Shown here: piece after piece, positions 37,808-48,592 of the stretch | Position numbering within the stretch: position 1 is the stretch's first letter | Layout: each line of letters begins with the position of its first letter | Source of the DNA: a bacterium | GTDB taxonomy: Bacteria; Bacteroidota; Ignavibacteria; UBA10030 | Assembly (NCBI GenBank): GCA_043803945.1 | Contig: JAZDJN010000048.1 | Coordinates: 1 to 64,000, forward strand | Reading direction: 5' to 3' | DNA: 64,000 nt | The notes under the pieces: generated by a model | Told to the model about the DNA's origin: nothing | What the model saw: the letters and a program-made list of their open reading frames with translations, nothing else | Database searches by the model: none | Position numbers and translations under genes: made by a program

Positions 37808-40357
37808 CTACATCATTCCCTGCGGATCGACATCAGTGATCATCTGAATTTTTCTATTCGAGGTAAGTGCCGAGTGTGCGTACTGGTCTTGAGCTTTAAG
37901 GAGCGCTGCGCGAAAAACTGCCCCCGTTGGGTCGGCCTGCTTCAGGTTCTTGATGATGATGTGCTTCCGGAATTGATTTTTGACCTTGGAGATTGCGGCA
38001 TCAGCCGGTCCGAGAATGAGAAAATGCTTTCCGGTGCTCTGTTGTGTTAGAAATTCCGCAAACTTTACGGCATGGTGTTGAACCTCGTTCTCTCGCTCTC
38101 CCTTGAACTCTATCAGGATGATGCGGGAGAAGGGAGGATAATCGAGCTCGCGGCGGAATTCCAATTCCTCGCGATAGAATCCCCGAAAATCATGAATAAG
38201 GACATGTTTAAGACTATAGTGATCCGGTTGGTAGGTTTGGATGACAACTTCACCCTCCAGGGTGCTCCGCCCGGCACGTCCGGCAACTTGCGTGAGCAGT
38301 TGAAATGTGCGTTCGGATGATCGGAAATCGGGAAGCATCATTTGTGTGTCGGCCGATATCACACCGACGAGCGTTACGCGGGGAAAATCCAGTCCTTTAG
38401 CGACCATCTGGGTGCCGAGGAGGATATCGGCTTTGCCATTGCCAAATTGGCTGAGGAGTTGATCGTGAGCCCCTTTGTGCGTGGTAGTGTCGCGGTCCAT
38501 TCGCAGAATCACCAATGCGGGAAAAAGCTCCTGAAGTTCCTCCTGGACCTGTTGAGTACCGAAGGAATGAAATCGCAATTCAACGCTATGACAGATCGGG
38601 CATGTCGTCGGCGGTTTTTTTACAAAACCGCAATAGTGGCACCGGAGATGCTTCTTCACGGAATGGAAGGTTAGTGTTACTTCGCAGTTATCGCATTTCT
38701 CCACATAGCCGCATGCGAAGCATTCCATGAAATGCGAGAAGCCGCGACGGTTCTGAAGGAGAATAACACCCTCATGCTTCTCGATCCGTTCGGTAATTTC
38801 GGCCCGGAGGACTTTCGAAAGCGAAGAAACCGGAAATTGTTTCGGGTACGGTTGAGCGCTCTCCTTCAATTCTTTCCGTTTCTCAGCCAGCATCTGCTTA
38901 CGCTCTTTCACCATGTCGACGATTTCGATTTTCGGGAGTTTGGCCTGATCGATACGAACAGGAAGTTCCAGCACCTCATATTTTCCGTTCAGAGCGTTGT
39001 AATAACTTTCGGTGGAAGGCGTCGCCGATCCCAGGATGACAACGGCATTGCTCAGTGTTGCCCGTACAATCGCAACATCGCGGGCGTTGTAACGCGGTTG
39101 TGCGTCGAATTGTTTGTACGAAGCTTCATGCTCCTCGTCAACCACAATCAATCCAATGTTGGCGAGCGGTGCGAAAATTGCCGAGCGGGGCCCGATCACA
39201 ATTTTTACCCGACCTTCATGCGCAAGGCGCCATGCGTCAAACCGTTCTCCCGTTGACATCTGGCTATGCATCACCGTTACATCATTGCTGAAATGTGACT
39301 TGAATCGACGTACTGTTTGCGGTGTGAGGGAGATTTCAGGAACCAGCACGATGGCTGTTTTCCCTTTCTCGATAACTTTGCGAATTGCATCAATGTAGAC
39401 TTGCGTTTTCCCGCTGCCCGTGATGCCGTGGAGAAGGAATGTCTTATAATGCATCGAGTCAATTGCAGTGGAAATCTGCTGCAATGCGTTCAACTGGTCA
39501 CTATTCAATTCAAAAAGAGGTGGTGGTTCAACGGGTTGGTGCTCACCGGAGCGTACGACCTCCTGTTGGGTGATAACGAGAAGCATCTTCGATTCGAGCA
39601 CTCGAATTGTCGAGGCCGAGGTGTGCAGTTTCTTCAGCAAAGGTTCCAACGGCTGGGGAGTCGGTGCGGACAAAAGCTCGGTGAGAATGGCTCGTTGCTT
39701 TTCCATCAGCCGGGTGGAGTTGCCTTCTTCACTATTCTGCGCAGAACTTATCCACTCCTTTCCAAGCTCAGTCAGGCTGATACTTTTTACATGCTTGATC
39801 CGTATCGCAGGCCGGGCAAGTGCTTCTGCTTCTCCGATCCATCCCTGCGATTGCATGGCATGAAGCATCGCCGTGATACTTTTTACACCAATTTTTTTCT
39901 GCAATTGCAGTGTCGATAAGGGACCCTGGTCTTGCAATGCGAGAAGAATTGCGTGCTGTTTTCGTGCATGCCCTTTGGTTGCCTGGAGTGCTTCCTCTAG
40001 TTTATCATCAACAAGACGAATGATCCGTTTGCTCTCCCGGCCCACACCCTGCGGTGTAGCTGCCTTCAGTACTTCTCCCCATGATGAGAGATAGTATTCC
40101 GCAATCCATTTCGTGAGTTTCAGCATTTCGCCAGAAAAGGAGGGGGAGGTATCGAGAAGATCGGTGATGGGTTTGAGGGATTTTATGGTGCTCTGCTCGG
40201 GAAATCCGACAACAACGCCGGTTAGTTTTTTATGTTGAAAGGGTACGATAACCCGTGAACCGAGTCGAATCTGATCCTGAAGATCAGGAGGAACAAGATA
40301 CGTAAAGATCCTATCGAGAGGTACTGGAAGTGCGATATCGGCTAATGATGGTGCCAT
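37808..40357 (-). CDS. priA: Primosomal protein N'
   Basis: GITGSGKT, DEEHE, two Cys-rich zinc motifs, GTQMVAKGLDFP, QVAGRAGR. Confidence 0.97.
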   Translation of the reverse strand: MAPSLADIALPVPLDRIFTYLVPPDLQDQIRLGSRVIVPFQHKKLTGVVVGFPEQSTIKSLKPITDLLDTSPSFSGEMLKLTKWIAEYYLSSWGEVLKAATPQGVGRESKRIIRLVDDKLEEALQATKGHARKQHAILLALQDQGPLSTLQLQKKIGVKSITAMLHAMQSQGWIGEAEALARPAIRIKHVKSISLTELGKEWISSAQNSEEGNSTRLMEKQRAILTELLSAPTPQPLEPLLKKLHTSASTIRVLESKMLLVITQQEVVRSGEHQPVEPPPLFELNSDQLNALQQISTAIDSMHYKTFLLHGITGSGKTQVYIDAIRKVIEKGKTAIVLVPEISLTPQTVRRFKSHFSNDVTVMHSQMSTGERFDAWRLAHEGRVKIVIGPRSAIFAPLANIGLIVVDEEHEASYKQFDAQPRYNARDVAIVRATLSNAVVILGSATPSTESYYNALNGKYEVLELPVRIDQAKLPKIEIVDMVKERKQMLAEKRKELKESAQPYPKQFPVSSLSKVLRAEITERIEKHEGVILLQNRRGFSHFMECFACGYVEKCDNCEVTLTFHSVKKHLRCHYCGFVKKPPTTCPICHSVELRFHSFGTQQVQEELQELFPALVILRMDRDTTTHKGAHDQLLSQFGNGKADILLGTQMVAKGLDFPRVTLVGVISADTQMMLPDFRSSERTFQLLTQVAGRAGRSTLEGEVVIQTYQPDHYSLKHVLIHDFRGFYREELEFRRELDYPPFSRIILIEFKGERENEVQHHAVKFAEFLTQQSTGKHFLILGPADAAISKVKNQFRKHIIIKNLKQADPTGAVFRAALLKAQDQYAHSALTSNRKIQMITDVDPQGMM

Positions 40358-40404
40358 GGCATCCTGCTCTCCAGGTCAGCGAGAGATGGTTGATTCTTCG
40401 TAAG

Positions 40405-41568
40405 CTATCCGATTTCCCGTTCAAGAATTTTGTACACTTCGAGGAGCGGCAATTTCTTTTCCGATGCAATGCGTTTGCATTCTTCAAACTCAGGGACAAG
40501 CGATTCCCTTCCGTTTCGAACAATCGATTTAACGTTCACGGTGCCGAATGAGGTCGTGACGGTTTTCTCCCCCCGTTTCAGTTTTCGCCGTTCCAGCGTG
40601 TGAATCCGAACCCCGAGTGTTGATGTCTCATTGAGGATGATCTTCACCACCGGATCGAGTTTTGACCGCTCCACCAGCGTTGTCAGCAGTATACCAGGAC
40701 GGCTCTTCTTCATGAGAACCTGTGTCATGAAAACATCCAATGCTCCGGCGGCGAAGAGTTGTTCCGCAATCACTGGCAGAATTTCTGGATTCATGTCGTC
40801 GATATTTGTCTCGATGCTGTGAACCTCGTCATACTCAGAAGGGAGGTGGAGTTCTCCGATCATTACACGAAGAAGATTGGGAACTTCGGCAATCTCTCTT
40901 GTTCCTGCACCATACCCTATCGCTTCGATACGAAGTTGTTCGGTTGAAAGTGTACCCTTCGATAACGCCTTCACGATCGCTGCACCGGTTGGCGTGGTTA
41001 GTTCATGCGGGATCGTGGTTAGTATCGTTGGATATCCTTTAAGAATTTCCAGTGTGGCTGGTGTTGGAATCGGCATCGTTCCATGTTGAGTCTGGATAAC
41101 ACCGCCATGGCCGAGTTTCACTGGAGACGAGTAGACCTGCTCAACACCAAAATACTCGAGGCAGATTGCGGTGCCGATGATGTCGACGATAGAGTCGATG
41201 GCACCCACTTCGTGAAAATGTACTTTCTCAATAGTTGAGTTATGGACTTTTGCCTCAGCGACTGCCACCTCCGCGAATATCGCTTTTGCATCGCGTTTGA
41301 CTCTTTCGCTCAGCGTGCTGTTATCGATAATCGCGTTAATATCTTTGAGATGGCGGTGATACTTTGACTGTTCGCTGATCACAACATTGAGTGCAGTGGC
41401 CGTAATCCCACTCCGCACATGATGCCGAGCCTCAACTTCGAATCCGGAGAGCGATAATTTTCTGAGCTCTTCAATAAGCCGGTCGATGCTCAATCCAGCA
41501 CTCACAAATGCAGCGAGGGTCATATCCCCGCTGATTCCACTGATGGTGTCTAAGTAGGCAATTTTCAT
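40405..41568 (-). CDS. larC: Nickel pincer cofactor biosynthesis protein LarC
   Basis: SGISGDM, VHFHEVGAIDSIVDI, TPTGAA, ETNIDD, MKKSRPG. Confidence 0.93.
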   Translation of the reverse strand: MKIAYLDTISGISGDMTLAAFVSAGLSIDRLIEELRKLSLSGFEVEARHHVRSGITATALNVVISEQSKYHRHLKDINAIIDNSTLSERVKRDAKAIFAEVAVAEAKVHNSTIEKVHFHEVGAIDSIVDIIGTAICLEYFGVEQVYSSPVKLGHGGVIQTQHGTMPIPTPATLEILKGYPTILTTIPHELTTPTGAAIVKALSKGTLSTEQLRIEAIGYGAGTREIAEVPNLLRVMIGELHLPSEYDEVHSIETNIDDMNPEILPVIAEQLFAAGALDVFMTQVLMKKSRPGILLTTLVERSKLDPVVKIILNETSTLGVRIHTLERRKLKRGEKTVTTSFGTVNVKSIVRNGRESLVPEFEECKRIASEKKLPLLEVYKILEREIG

Positions 41569-41643
41569 CTCAACTCAGTCTTTCGTGTGTTCATCCAACG
41601 GTACCGATCATCCTATCGCTGTGGACGATCTCAGACTTTCAAC

Positions 41644-42930
41644 TCACAGGGTAACATAATGCGCGAGCTTTGCAATAAATTTCTCTGTCGCACCAACACT
41701 TTGTTCAACCAGTTGTAAGCATTCCTGCCCGGCTCGCTTCCTCGATTCGGCATCGCTGAAAAGTCTTTCAAGCTGCCTGGAGCATTCCTCCACTGAGGTC
41801 ACCAGGCTGGCACCTCCGCGCTGGAGAAGAATCTTTGCTTCGTGAGAATTTTCATGTTTTGGCCCATACAGCAGCGGGATTCCATACACTGCCGGCTCGA
41901 GCACATTATGAATGCCTTGTTTAAAGCTGCCGCCGACATAGGCTACAATGCCATATTGATAGAGCCCCATTAAGATGCCGATGCTATCTACAAGAATAAC
42001 ATTTTCATTCGAATAATCGTTCAGGCAGGAGAATCGGATTGACCTCAGTTGGTGCGCTTCAAGCGTTGTCTCAAGCCGTTCAAGTGTGGAGAGCGTCGGT
42101 TCATGCGGTACAAGAATCATGATCGCATGAGGATCCTTGTTGGCAAGCCTGCTATACGCCGGAATGAGTATTGTTTCGTCCTCCTCCCAGCTGCTCCCGA
42201 CTATAAAAACTTCTTTTTGGTTCAGAAGAGATTCGGGGATGAGATGTTTTGTCCGTGCCTCTTCCCGCCGCCGCACAACCTGATCGTAACGGGTCTCCCC
42301 GATTGTCTCAACTTCTGTGTTCGGAAGGTTCAGCTGCTTGTAGGCTGCATAGTCTGAAGCGGAGACAGTGAGAATTGCTTTCACTGGAGCATACAGGTAA
42401 TGATGGAAATTTCGTATCACGGGAAGCAGTCGGGAAGAATTTGCCCTCATCGCTCCATTGGCAATAAGAATGGGGATCTTCCGGCGCTCAAGCTCCCAGA
42501 TATGGTTTGGCCAAAGATCGTACCGGATCATAATGGCGACCGAAGGGGAGAGAACATCGAGGAATTGACGGGCATTTGAAACGGAATCGAACGGGAGGTA
42601 CGTAATAAGTGATACCGTCTTGATATTCTTTGAATGTTCATAGCCCGAGGGTGAAAAAAAACTCACGATGATATCGACTTTGGGGTGCCGTTGTTTAAGT
42701 GCGGTAATAATCGGTTTTGCCTGCTCGAATTCTCCGAGCGAGGAGACATGGACCCACACCCTTGCTGCCTTACCCAGATTGGCTGCATTTTTCCTCAAAT
42801 CCTCAAAGAGCGATTTACGAACCTCTAACCCCTTCCGGATTTTAGGATTGAAGATGGAAAGGATTCGAAGCAGACTCCAGAAAATTGGGAGAACGATGAT
42901 ATTATAAATGAGAATCCAGATTGCCTTCAT
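41644..42930 (-). CDS. waaA: Kdo transferase
   Basis: WVHVSSLGEFEQ, FFSPSGY, YLPFD, VGGSF..HNVLEPA. Confidence 0.92.
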   Translation of the reverse strand: MKAIWILIYNIIVLPIFWSLLRILSIFNPKIRKGLEVRKSLFEDLRKNAANLGKAARVWVHVSSLGEFEQAKPIITALKQRHPKVDIIVSFFSPSGYEHSKNIKTVSLITYLPFDSVSNARQFLDVLSPSVAIMIRYDLWPNHIWELERRKIPILIANGAMRANSSRLLPVIRNFHHYLYAPVKAILTVSASDYAAYKQLNLPNTEVETIGETRYDQVVRRREEARTKHLIPESLLNQKEVFIVGSSWEEDETILIPAYSRLANKDPHAIMILVPHEPTLSTLERLETTLEAHQLRSIRFSCLNDYSNENVILVDSIGILMGLYQYGIVAYVGGSFKQGIHNVLEPAVYGIPLLYGPKHENSHEAKILLQRGGASLVTSVEECSRQLERLFSDAESRKRAGQECLQLVEQSVGATEKFIAKLAHYVTL

Positions 42931-43178
42931 TAAGCTGTTTCTTTATCGGTTGCCGAATGGCATAGGAAATTGTCCAGTGTCTCTGTCAATTACGATCCAA
43001 CCTGTGAGATAATTAGGTCATTCTCGAGAGCCTATTGAGGTTTCTGCTGTTCCATTGATGAGACGTGTCAATCCGTACAATGAAAAAATGGCAGTCTACA
43101 GTTTGATTTCGTCATCGTGAGAGAAAGCGTGAGAATTGTAGAGAGTTTTTCACGGAAAAGCAAGAAAGCGGACATTTC

Positions 43179-43207
43179 TTGACTAAGTGACTGAATCTTA
43201 CTATTAT
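43179..43207 (+). promoter_or_regulatory. Sigma70-type promoter upstream of the cNMP kinase
   Basis: TTGACT-17 nt-TATTAT. Confidence 0.6.
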
Positions 43208-43389
43208 TCTAAAAGTCAACGGTGACTCTCGTGCCGTTTCCAGCGAAGAAAGTTCTTTTCAGAGACATCGGACAATCGCAGGAGACGAATCCCGACAGTG
43301 TGCGGTGAAGCACGCGTTCTCAGATTGCGTCGAAGAACAATCGACAAGTAACTTTGCATATGGTATGAGTATCTTCCCGGAGAAGAGTA

Positions 43390-45015
43390 ATGGCAAATCA
43401 TCAGGTTGAAGCACTTCGAGCATGTAACATCTTCCAGGGGGTGCCCGATCAGGATTTAGAAAACCTGGCAAGCTCCCTCGTTGAAAAAGAATATCCAGCA
43501 GACACCCAATTGATGGACATCGATGCTGATGCCGATCGGGTGTATTTTATTATTAATGGCGCGGTAAAGATTTCCCGGAAGACCCATTATGGAGATGAAA
43601 CAATTCTCAGTATTCTCTCCAAAGGTCAAATTGTGGGCGAGTTAGGTGTCGTTGATGGCAAAGCGCGGTCCGCTCGGGCCACATGCATGACACTGACCAA
43701 TGTCCTGGAAATGGAGCGAAGTGCGTTTGAAAAGCTCCTCTTAAGCAATTCGACCATCGGCTGCAATGTGATGCGCGAACTTACCGGCCGGCTGCGCGGA
43801 GCCAACGATAATATTGTGCATCAACTTGAAGATGAACGGAAAAATTCTGAAGCCCGATTTGCGAAGCTGCATCAGCTCATCGAAGCCAGTAAAATTGTGA
43901 ACTCCACACTGGACCTTGATAAGCTTCTTGGTCTGATTCTCAATTCAGCGGTGAAAAGCATTGAAGCCGATCGCGGAACACTCTATCTGGTCGACAGCAT
44001 CAAGCAGGAACTTTGGTCGAAGGTCTTACAAGGAGACAACATGGAGGAGATTCGCCTCCCGGTTGGAACGGGGGTCGCCGGGTATGTTGCTCAGACTGGT
44101 GAGACTATCAATATCCCGGATGCCTATAATGATCACCGATTCAATCCGGATTTCGATAAGCGAACGGGATACCGGACGCGGAATATGCTTTGCATGGCGA
44201 TGAAAAACAAAGACGGTAAAATCATCGGAGTGTTTCAGCTGCTCAATAAAAAGGTTGGCTCATTCACAACAGATGACGAGCAATTTATCGATGCTTTTTC
44301 AGCACACGCCTCGGTCGCCATTGAAAATGCGCGGCTTGCCCAGGAGATGGTGAGCAACGAGCGGCTGTCAGCGGTAGGGCGAATGGCAAGCACCATTATC
44401 CATGACATTAAGAACCCGATGGGGACACTTCGCGTGTATGCTCAGGTGATGAAGCGAAAATCGGGGAATGACGAAGCCGCGAAACTTGCCGATGAGATGA
44501 TCCATCAGGTTGATCGTTTCGTGAATATGGCACAGGAAATTCTCGATTTCAGCCGCGGTGTCAGTTCGATGAATGTCCAGGAATATGATTTTGAAGAAGT
44601 GATGAACGGTGTTCTGGATTTCATCGAAAAGGATTTAACGAAGAACAATGTGCAGCTTATCAGGAAAACTGAGTTTTTAGGGAAGGTCAAACTCGATCAG
44701 GACAAGCTGGTCCGGGTGTTCTATAATATTGCCAGCAACGCCCGCGACGCCATGCCTCAGGGAGGAGCATTGACGGTTCTCACTGTGGAGAACGATGGAT
44801 TTGTCAAGATCGAATTTACCGACTCGGGAACTGGAATGCCCGAAGAAGTAAAACGCAAGATCTTCGAACCGTTTATGACGTACGGCAAGAAGCATGGAAC
44901 CGGCCTCGGGATGTCGATCGTGAAAAAAGTGATAGACGATCATAAAGGCAAAATCGAAATCGATAGTGAAATGGGTAAGGGAACGACGATCCGCATCCAA
45001 TTACCTATTGCGTAA
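43390..45015 (+). CDS. cNMP-binding + GAF sensor histidine kinase
   Basis: GELG...RSA cNMP pocket, NKFDE-type GAF (FNPDFD..TGYRT..NK..FT.DDE), HDIKNP, DSGTG, GTGLG. Confidence 0.93.
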   Translation: MANHQVEALRACNIFQGVPDQDLENLASSLVEKEYPADTQLMDIDADADRVYFIINGAVKISRKTHYGDETILSILSKGQIVGELGVVDGKARSARATCMTLTNVLEMERSAFEKLLLSNSTIGCNVMRELTGRLRGANDNIVHQLEDERKNSEARFAKLHQLIEASKIVNSTLDLDKLLGLILNSAVKSIEADRGTLYLVDSIKQELWSKVLQGDNMEEIRLPVGTGVAGYVAQTGETINIPDAYNDHRFNPDFDKRTGYRTRNMLCMAMKNKDGKIIGVFQLLNKKVGSFTTDDEQFIDAFSAHASVAIENARLAQEMVSNERLSAVGRMASTIIHDIKNPMGTLRVYAQVMKRKSGNDEAAKLADEMIHQVDRFVNMAQEILDFSRGVSSMNVQEYDFEEVMNGVLDFIEKDLTKNNVQLIRKTEFLGKVKLDQDKLVRVFYNIASNARDAMPQGGALTVLTVENDGFVKIEFTDSGTGMPEEVKRKIFEPFMTYGKKHGTGLGMSIVKKVIDDHKGKIEIDSEMGKGTTIRIQLPIA

Positions 45016-45068
45016 CGTCGCCGTCAGATTTGTTAAACAGCGAGAACAATCCAACCGAACAAATCTCC

Positions 45069-45611
45069 ATGAACATCCATATCGGCAGTGGAGAAATTTC
45101 AATTGTCAAAGGAGATATTTCTGCACAAGAGACCGATGCCATCGTCAATGCTGCCAACAACCATCTCTGGATGGGATCTGGTGTAGCGGGGGCAATCAAA
45201 CGCCGGGGCGGAAGTCAAATTGAGCAGGAAGCGGTCTCCCAGGGACCCATCGATGTGGGACAAGTTATCCTTACAACCGCAGGATCCCTGAAGACGAAAG
45301 CAGTCATTCATGCTGCAGTGATGGGGCAGGATCTTCATACCAGCGCCGAACTCATCAAGCGGTCAACTCATGCAAGTTTTTGTCTCGCCGAACAAAAACA
45401 ATTTCATTCCATTTCAATTCCTGCCCTCGGAACTGGTGTCGGAGGATTTTCTCTTCACCATTGTGCCACGCTGATGATCGGTGAGGCGATTGAGTTTTTG
45501 CTCGGTGCCCGGAATCTTCATCAGATTCGTTTTGTACTCTATAATGACGAGGCAAAAACCATTTTTGAGCATGAATTGAAAGACCGGTTCAGCGCCGCTC
45601 GGCATCATTAA
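45069..45611 (+). CDS. Macro domain (ADP-ribose) protein
   Basis: GDI, DAIVNAAN, GSGVAGAI, PALGTGVGG. Confidence 0.92.
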   Translation: MNIHIGSGEISIVKGDISAQETDAIVNAANNHLWMGSGVAGAIKRRGGSQIEQEAVSQGPIDVGQVILTTAGSLKTKAVIHAAVMGQDLHTSAELIKRSTHASFCLAEQKQFHSISIPALGTGVGGFSLHHCATLMIGEAIEFLLGARNLHQIRFVLYNDEAKTIFEHELKDRFSAARHH

Positions 45612-45697
45612 ACCGTCTCGTTCCAGAAAACTGTTCACCTACAGCCATCCTTCTATCGCTTTTAACAGAATCATCAACTTATTATGGGATTTCAGTT

Positions 45698-46090
45698 ATG
45701 TCAACGTCAGAACAACATAGTGAAGATCGTCTCCCGCATCGGCTTGTACGCTGGCGTGAATTTTTCTTCGCCCAGAAATACCGCTTCGACCTCGGTCAGT
45801 CCTTTCTTGTGATTGTCAACTTCATGCTGCTCATCATCACCGCCAGCGACAAACTGCAGCTCTTCTTTGGTATTCCCCGCCTTCGATCCCTGCTTGTGAT
45901 CATTCTGCCGGCCAGTTTCGTGGGTGTCTGGCTCTTTGGATACTTCATGGATAGAATAGTTCGTGCAGCACAGATGGCGGAGCGCCAGTCCATAAAACGC
46001 AGTGAAGTCTGGACAAAGCATAACGAGCAGATGGAACAGCTTGAACTGGAGATAAAGGAAATTAAAACACTTCTCCAGCATCGGGAGTAA
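45698..46090 (+). CDS. Hypothetical membrane protein
   Basis: Two hydrophobic segments and a C-terminal coiled coil. Confidence 0.65.
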   Translation: MSTSEQHSEDRLPHRLVRWREFFFAQKYRFDLGQSFLVIVNFMLLIITASDKLQLFFGIPRLRSLLVIILPASFVGVWLFGYFMDRIVRAAQMAERQSIKRSEVWTKHNEQMEQLELEIKEIKTLLQHRE

Positions 46091-46117
46091 TACAATCGAA
46101 CTTTTGCTCGATCAATC

Positions 46118-47059
46118 TCAGTCGATAAGAGCTTTGAGATGATGTTCTACGCTAGTCGCCAACGCGTGTGGATTGTAACCACCCTCCAGCACGGAAATGA
46201 TCCGCTTGTTGGCCGATTTCGCCGCGGTGTCAGTTAACAGCGTGGTGAATTTTGCGTATGATTGTTCGGTAAGGTTGATGCTCGCCAGGGGATCGTCCCG
46301 GTGTGCATCAAACCCAGCAGAAATCATGAGGAGTTCAGGTTTGAACTTCTTCAAGGCAGGGAGAATGGTTTCTTTGAAGGCGTCGAGATATTCCTTTTCC
46401 GTGCTGCCGGGGTGCATCGGACAATTCACTGTAAATCCTTCTCCCTTATCAATCCCCCGTTCGACCGCTGTTCCTGTCCCCGGCCACAGCGGCAATTGAT
46501 GCAGGCTGATATACAAGACAGAATCATCATCATAGAAAATTTCTTGAGTCCCGTTCCCATGATGAACATCCCAATCGACGATCGCGATCCTGATCACACC
46601 ATACTTCTCCTGGGCATAACGGGCTCCGATAGCCACGTTATTAAAGAGGCAAAATCCCATTGCCGAAGAGGACCCGGCGTGATGGCCTGGAGGTCGAACG
46701 GCACAGAACGCAGTGTGGATATGGTTGTTCAGGACCTCATCGATAGCTTGAGTGACAGCACCGACAGCAAGCCGGGCGACTTCAAACGATTCTCTGCACA
46801 CATGAGTATCGCCATCATCGAGAATATGGATTCCGGAAGTGCATTGCTGTTCCACCCACCGGATGTACGTGGAGGGGTGCACATGCTCCAGCCAGGCCAT
46901 TTGCGCCGGTAAAGGCTGATAGTGCTGCATCTTCGACCATAGTGGAGTTTGCAGTAAATGCTGAAAAACAGCCTCAACACGCTGTGCCCGCTCGGGGTGT
47001 CCCTCTCCTGTCTCATGCTTGAGAAAATCTGGATGGTAGAAAAAACCGAGTGTGTTCAT
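46118..47059 (-). CDS. Zn-dependent histone deacetylase-family protein
   Basis: HPE, RPPGHHA, GFCLFNN, DWDVHHGNGT, SAGFDAH, LEGGY. Confidence 0.95.
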   Translation of the reverse strand: MNTLGFFYHPDFLKHETGEGHPERAQRVEAVFQHLLQTPLWSKMQHYQPLPAQMAWLEHVHPSTYIRWVEQQCTSGIHILDDGDTHVCRESFEVARLAVGAVTQAIDEVLNNHIHTAFCAVRPPGHHAGSSSAMGFCLFNNVAIGARYAQEKYGVIRIAIVDWDVHHGNGTQEIFYDDDSVLYISLHQLPLWPGTGTAVERGIDKGEGFTVNCPMHPGSTEKEYLDAFKETILPALKKFKPELLMISAGFDAHRDDPLASINLTEQSYAKFTTLLTDTAAKSANKRIISVLEGGYNPHALATSVEHHLKALID

Positions 47060-47102
47060 TGCGTATTCTCCTCTCGATGATTAAACCAATGAGTTCCAAT
47101 TC

Positions 47103-47531
47103 TCAAAGCGCATGGTCTAATGCCTTCAACGCAAACCAGAACGAAATCAGGACAAAGATACAAAACAAGCTTACTTCAACAATGATGATGGATTCCCGAT
47201 CCCAATTTTGAAAATTATTCCAAACGGAAAGATACTGCTCAATGGCATCCTCCTGAAGCACAACGCAAATCCGTTTCCGGATCTGAAGCGGATCCATCTC
47301 TGCGTTGAAACCAAGAACATGAACGGAGCCGGATGTCGAACCAAGGAGTGTGGTGAGAACTTTGATTGTTGTAGATTTTCCGGCGCCATTGGGACCAAGA
47401 AGCCCGAAAATTTCGCCCGAACGAACCTGGAAAGAGATGTCATCCACAGCTCGTACCGGGATAGTCCGTTTGCGGTCGTAAATCTTGACCAGATTCTCAA
47501 CTCGTATGGCGGCTTGTTCGGAGCTTTTCAT
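47103..47531 (-). pseudogene. Truncated ABC ATPase fused to a hydrophobic tail
   Basis: Walker A GPNGAGKST and Q-loop present; no signature or Walker B motif; ends in a TM-like helix. Confidence 0.7.
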
Positions 47532-47660
47532 GGCAGTGTCGATGCTGTTGACGGAATCTACCAACAATTTTTAACACTTGCATACCTTCTTTGTGCTTTG
47601 CTTTTCCACTGACGCGTCTCTATATTCAAACCAGGATACCAGAGGAAGAGAGTTGCGAAG

Positions 47661-48566
47661 ATGAACTCAACACAGGTGATTTCAGTTCCAGAAGATTTTA
47701 ATTTTTGGCGGACAGTGTACAGTCATGGCTGGTGTTCGCTTCCTCCTTTCAACGTTGACAAAGATCGGGAAAGGTTGAATTGCGTCCTCGACGTCGGGAA
47801 GAGGATGATAGTCGATTGCGCTCTATCACCAAGCCGAGCTTCACTTGTTCTAATGTTGATGAGCAACCGTAAGCTGAACCGGCTTCAGACACTCAGCGCC
47901 ATTGCTCAAATTAAGGATTGTCTGCGTCTGAAGGAGGATTTTTCACAATTTTATCGCGATGCCCGAAAGCAGAAAGAATTTCGCTGGGTATCCCGTACCG
48001 GTTCAGGGCGACTTCTCAGAGCACCAAGTGTTTTCGAAGATGTTGTGAAAATGATCTGCACGACGAATTGCAGCTGGGCGTTCACGGAGAATATGGTAAA
48101 AAATCTTCTGGATCGTCTTGGAAGTGTTTCGCCTGCCGGTGTGCGCTGCTTCCCCGCACCGGAAACAATTGCGGCAATGACCGAAAGAGAAATGAGGACT
48201 GAAATCCGGGCAGGCTACCGATCACCTTACCTTCTGGAATTCTCTGAAAGGGTCGCTGCCGGAAAACTTGATGTCGAATCATGGCGATTATCTACGTTGC
48301 CGACACCGGAACTGTTCAAGCAGGTGATCTCGATAAAAGGTGTGGGTGAGTATGCAACCGGAAACATTCTTAAACTGCTCGGACGATATGACTATCTCGG
48401 CCTCGATTCTTGGGTCCGCGGCCGTTACTATGAATTGTACACCAATGGCAGAAAAGTGAGTGATGCGAGGATAGAAAAACAGTACGCCAAGTACGGTCAG
48501 TGGAGGGGACTTTTATTCTGGCTCGACATGACGAAGCACTGGTTTGGCAGGAAGTTTCCATTCTAA
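47661..48566 (+). CDS. HhH-GPD DNA glycosylase (OGG/AlkA-like)
   Basis: FEDVVKMICTTNCSW, AGYR, IKGVGEY..D motif. Confidence 0.85.
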   Translation: MNSTQVISVPEDFNFWRTVYSHGWCSLPPFNVDKDRERLNCVLDVGKRMIVDCALSPSRASLVLMLMSNRKLNRLQTLSAIAQIKDCLRLKEDFSQFYRDARKQKEFRWVSRTGSGRLLRAPSVFEDVVKMICTTNCSWAFTENMVKNLLDRLGSVSPAGVRCFPAPETIAAMTEREMRTEIRAGYRSPYLLEFSERVAAGKLDVESWRLSTLPTPELFKQVISIKGVGEYATGNILKLLGRYDYLGLDSWVRGRYYELYTNGRKVSDARIEKQYAKYGQWRGLLFWLDMTKHWFGRKFPF

Positions 48567-48592
48567 ACAAGAAGATAGAACATACTCCAGCG

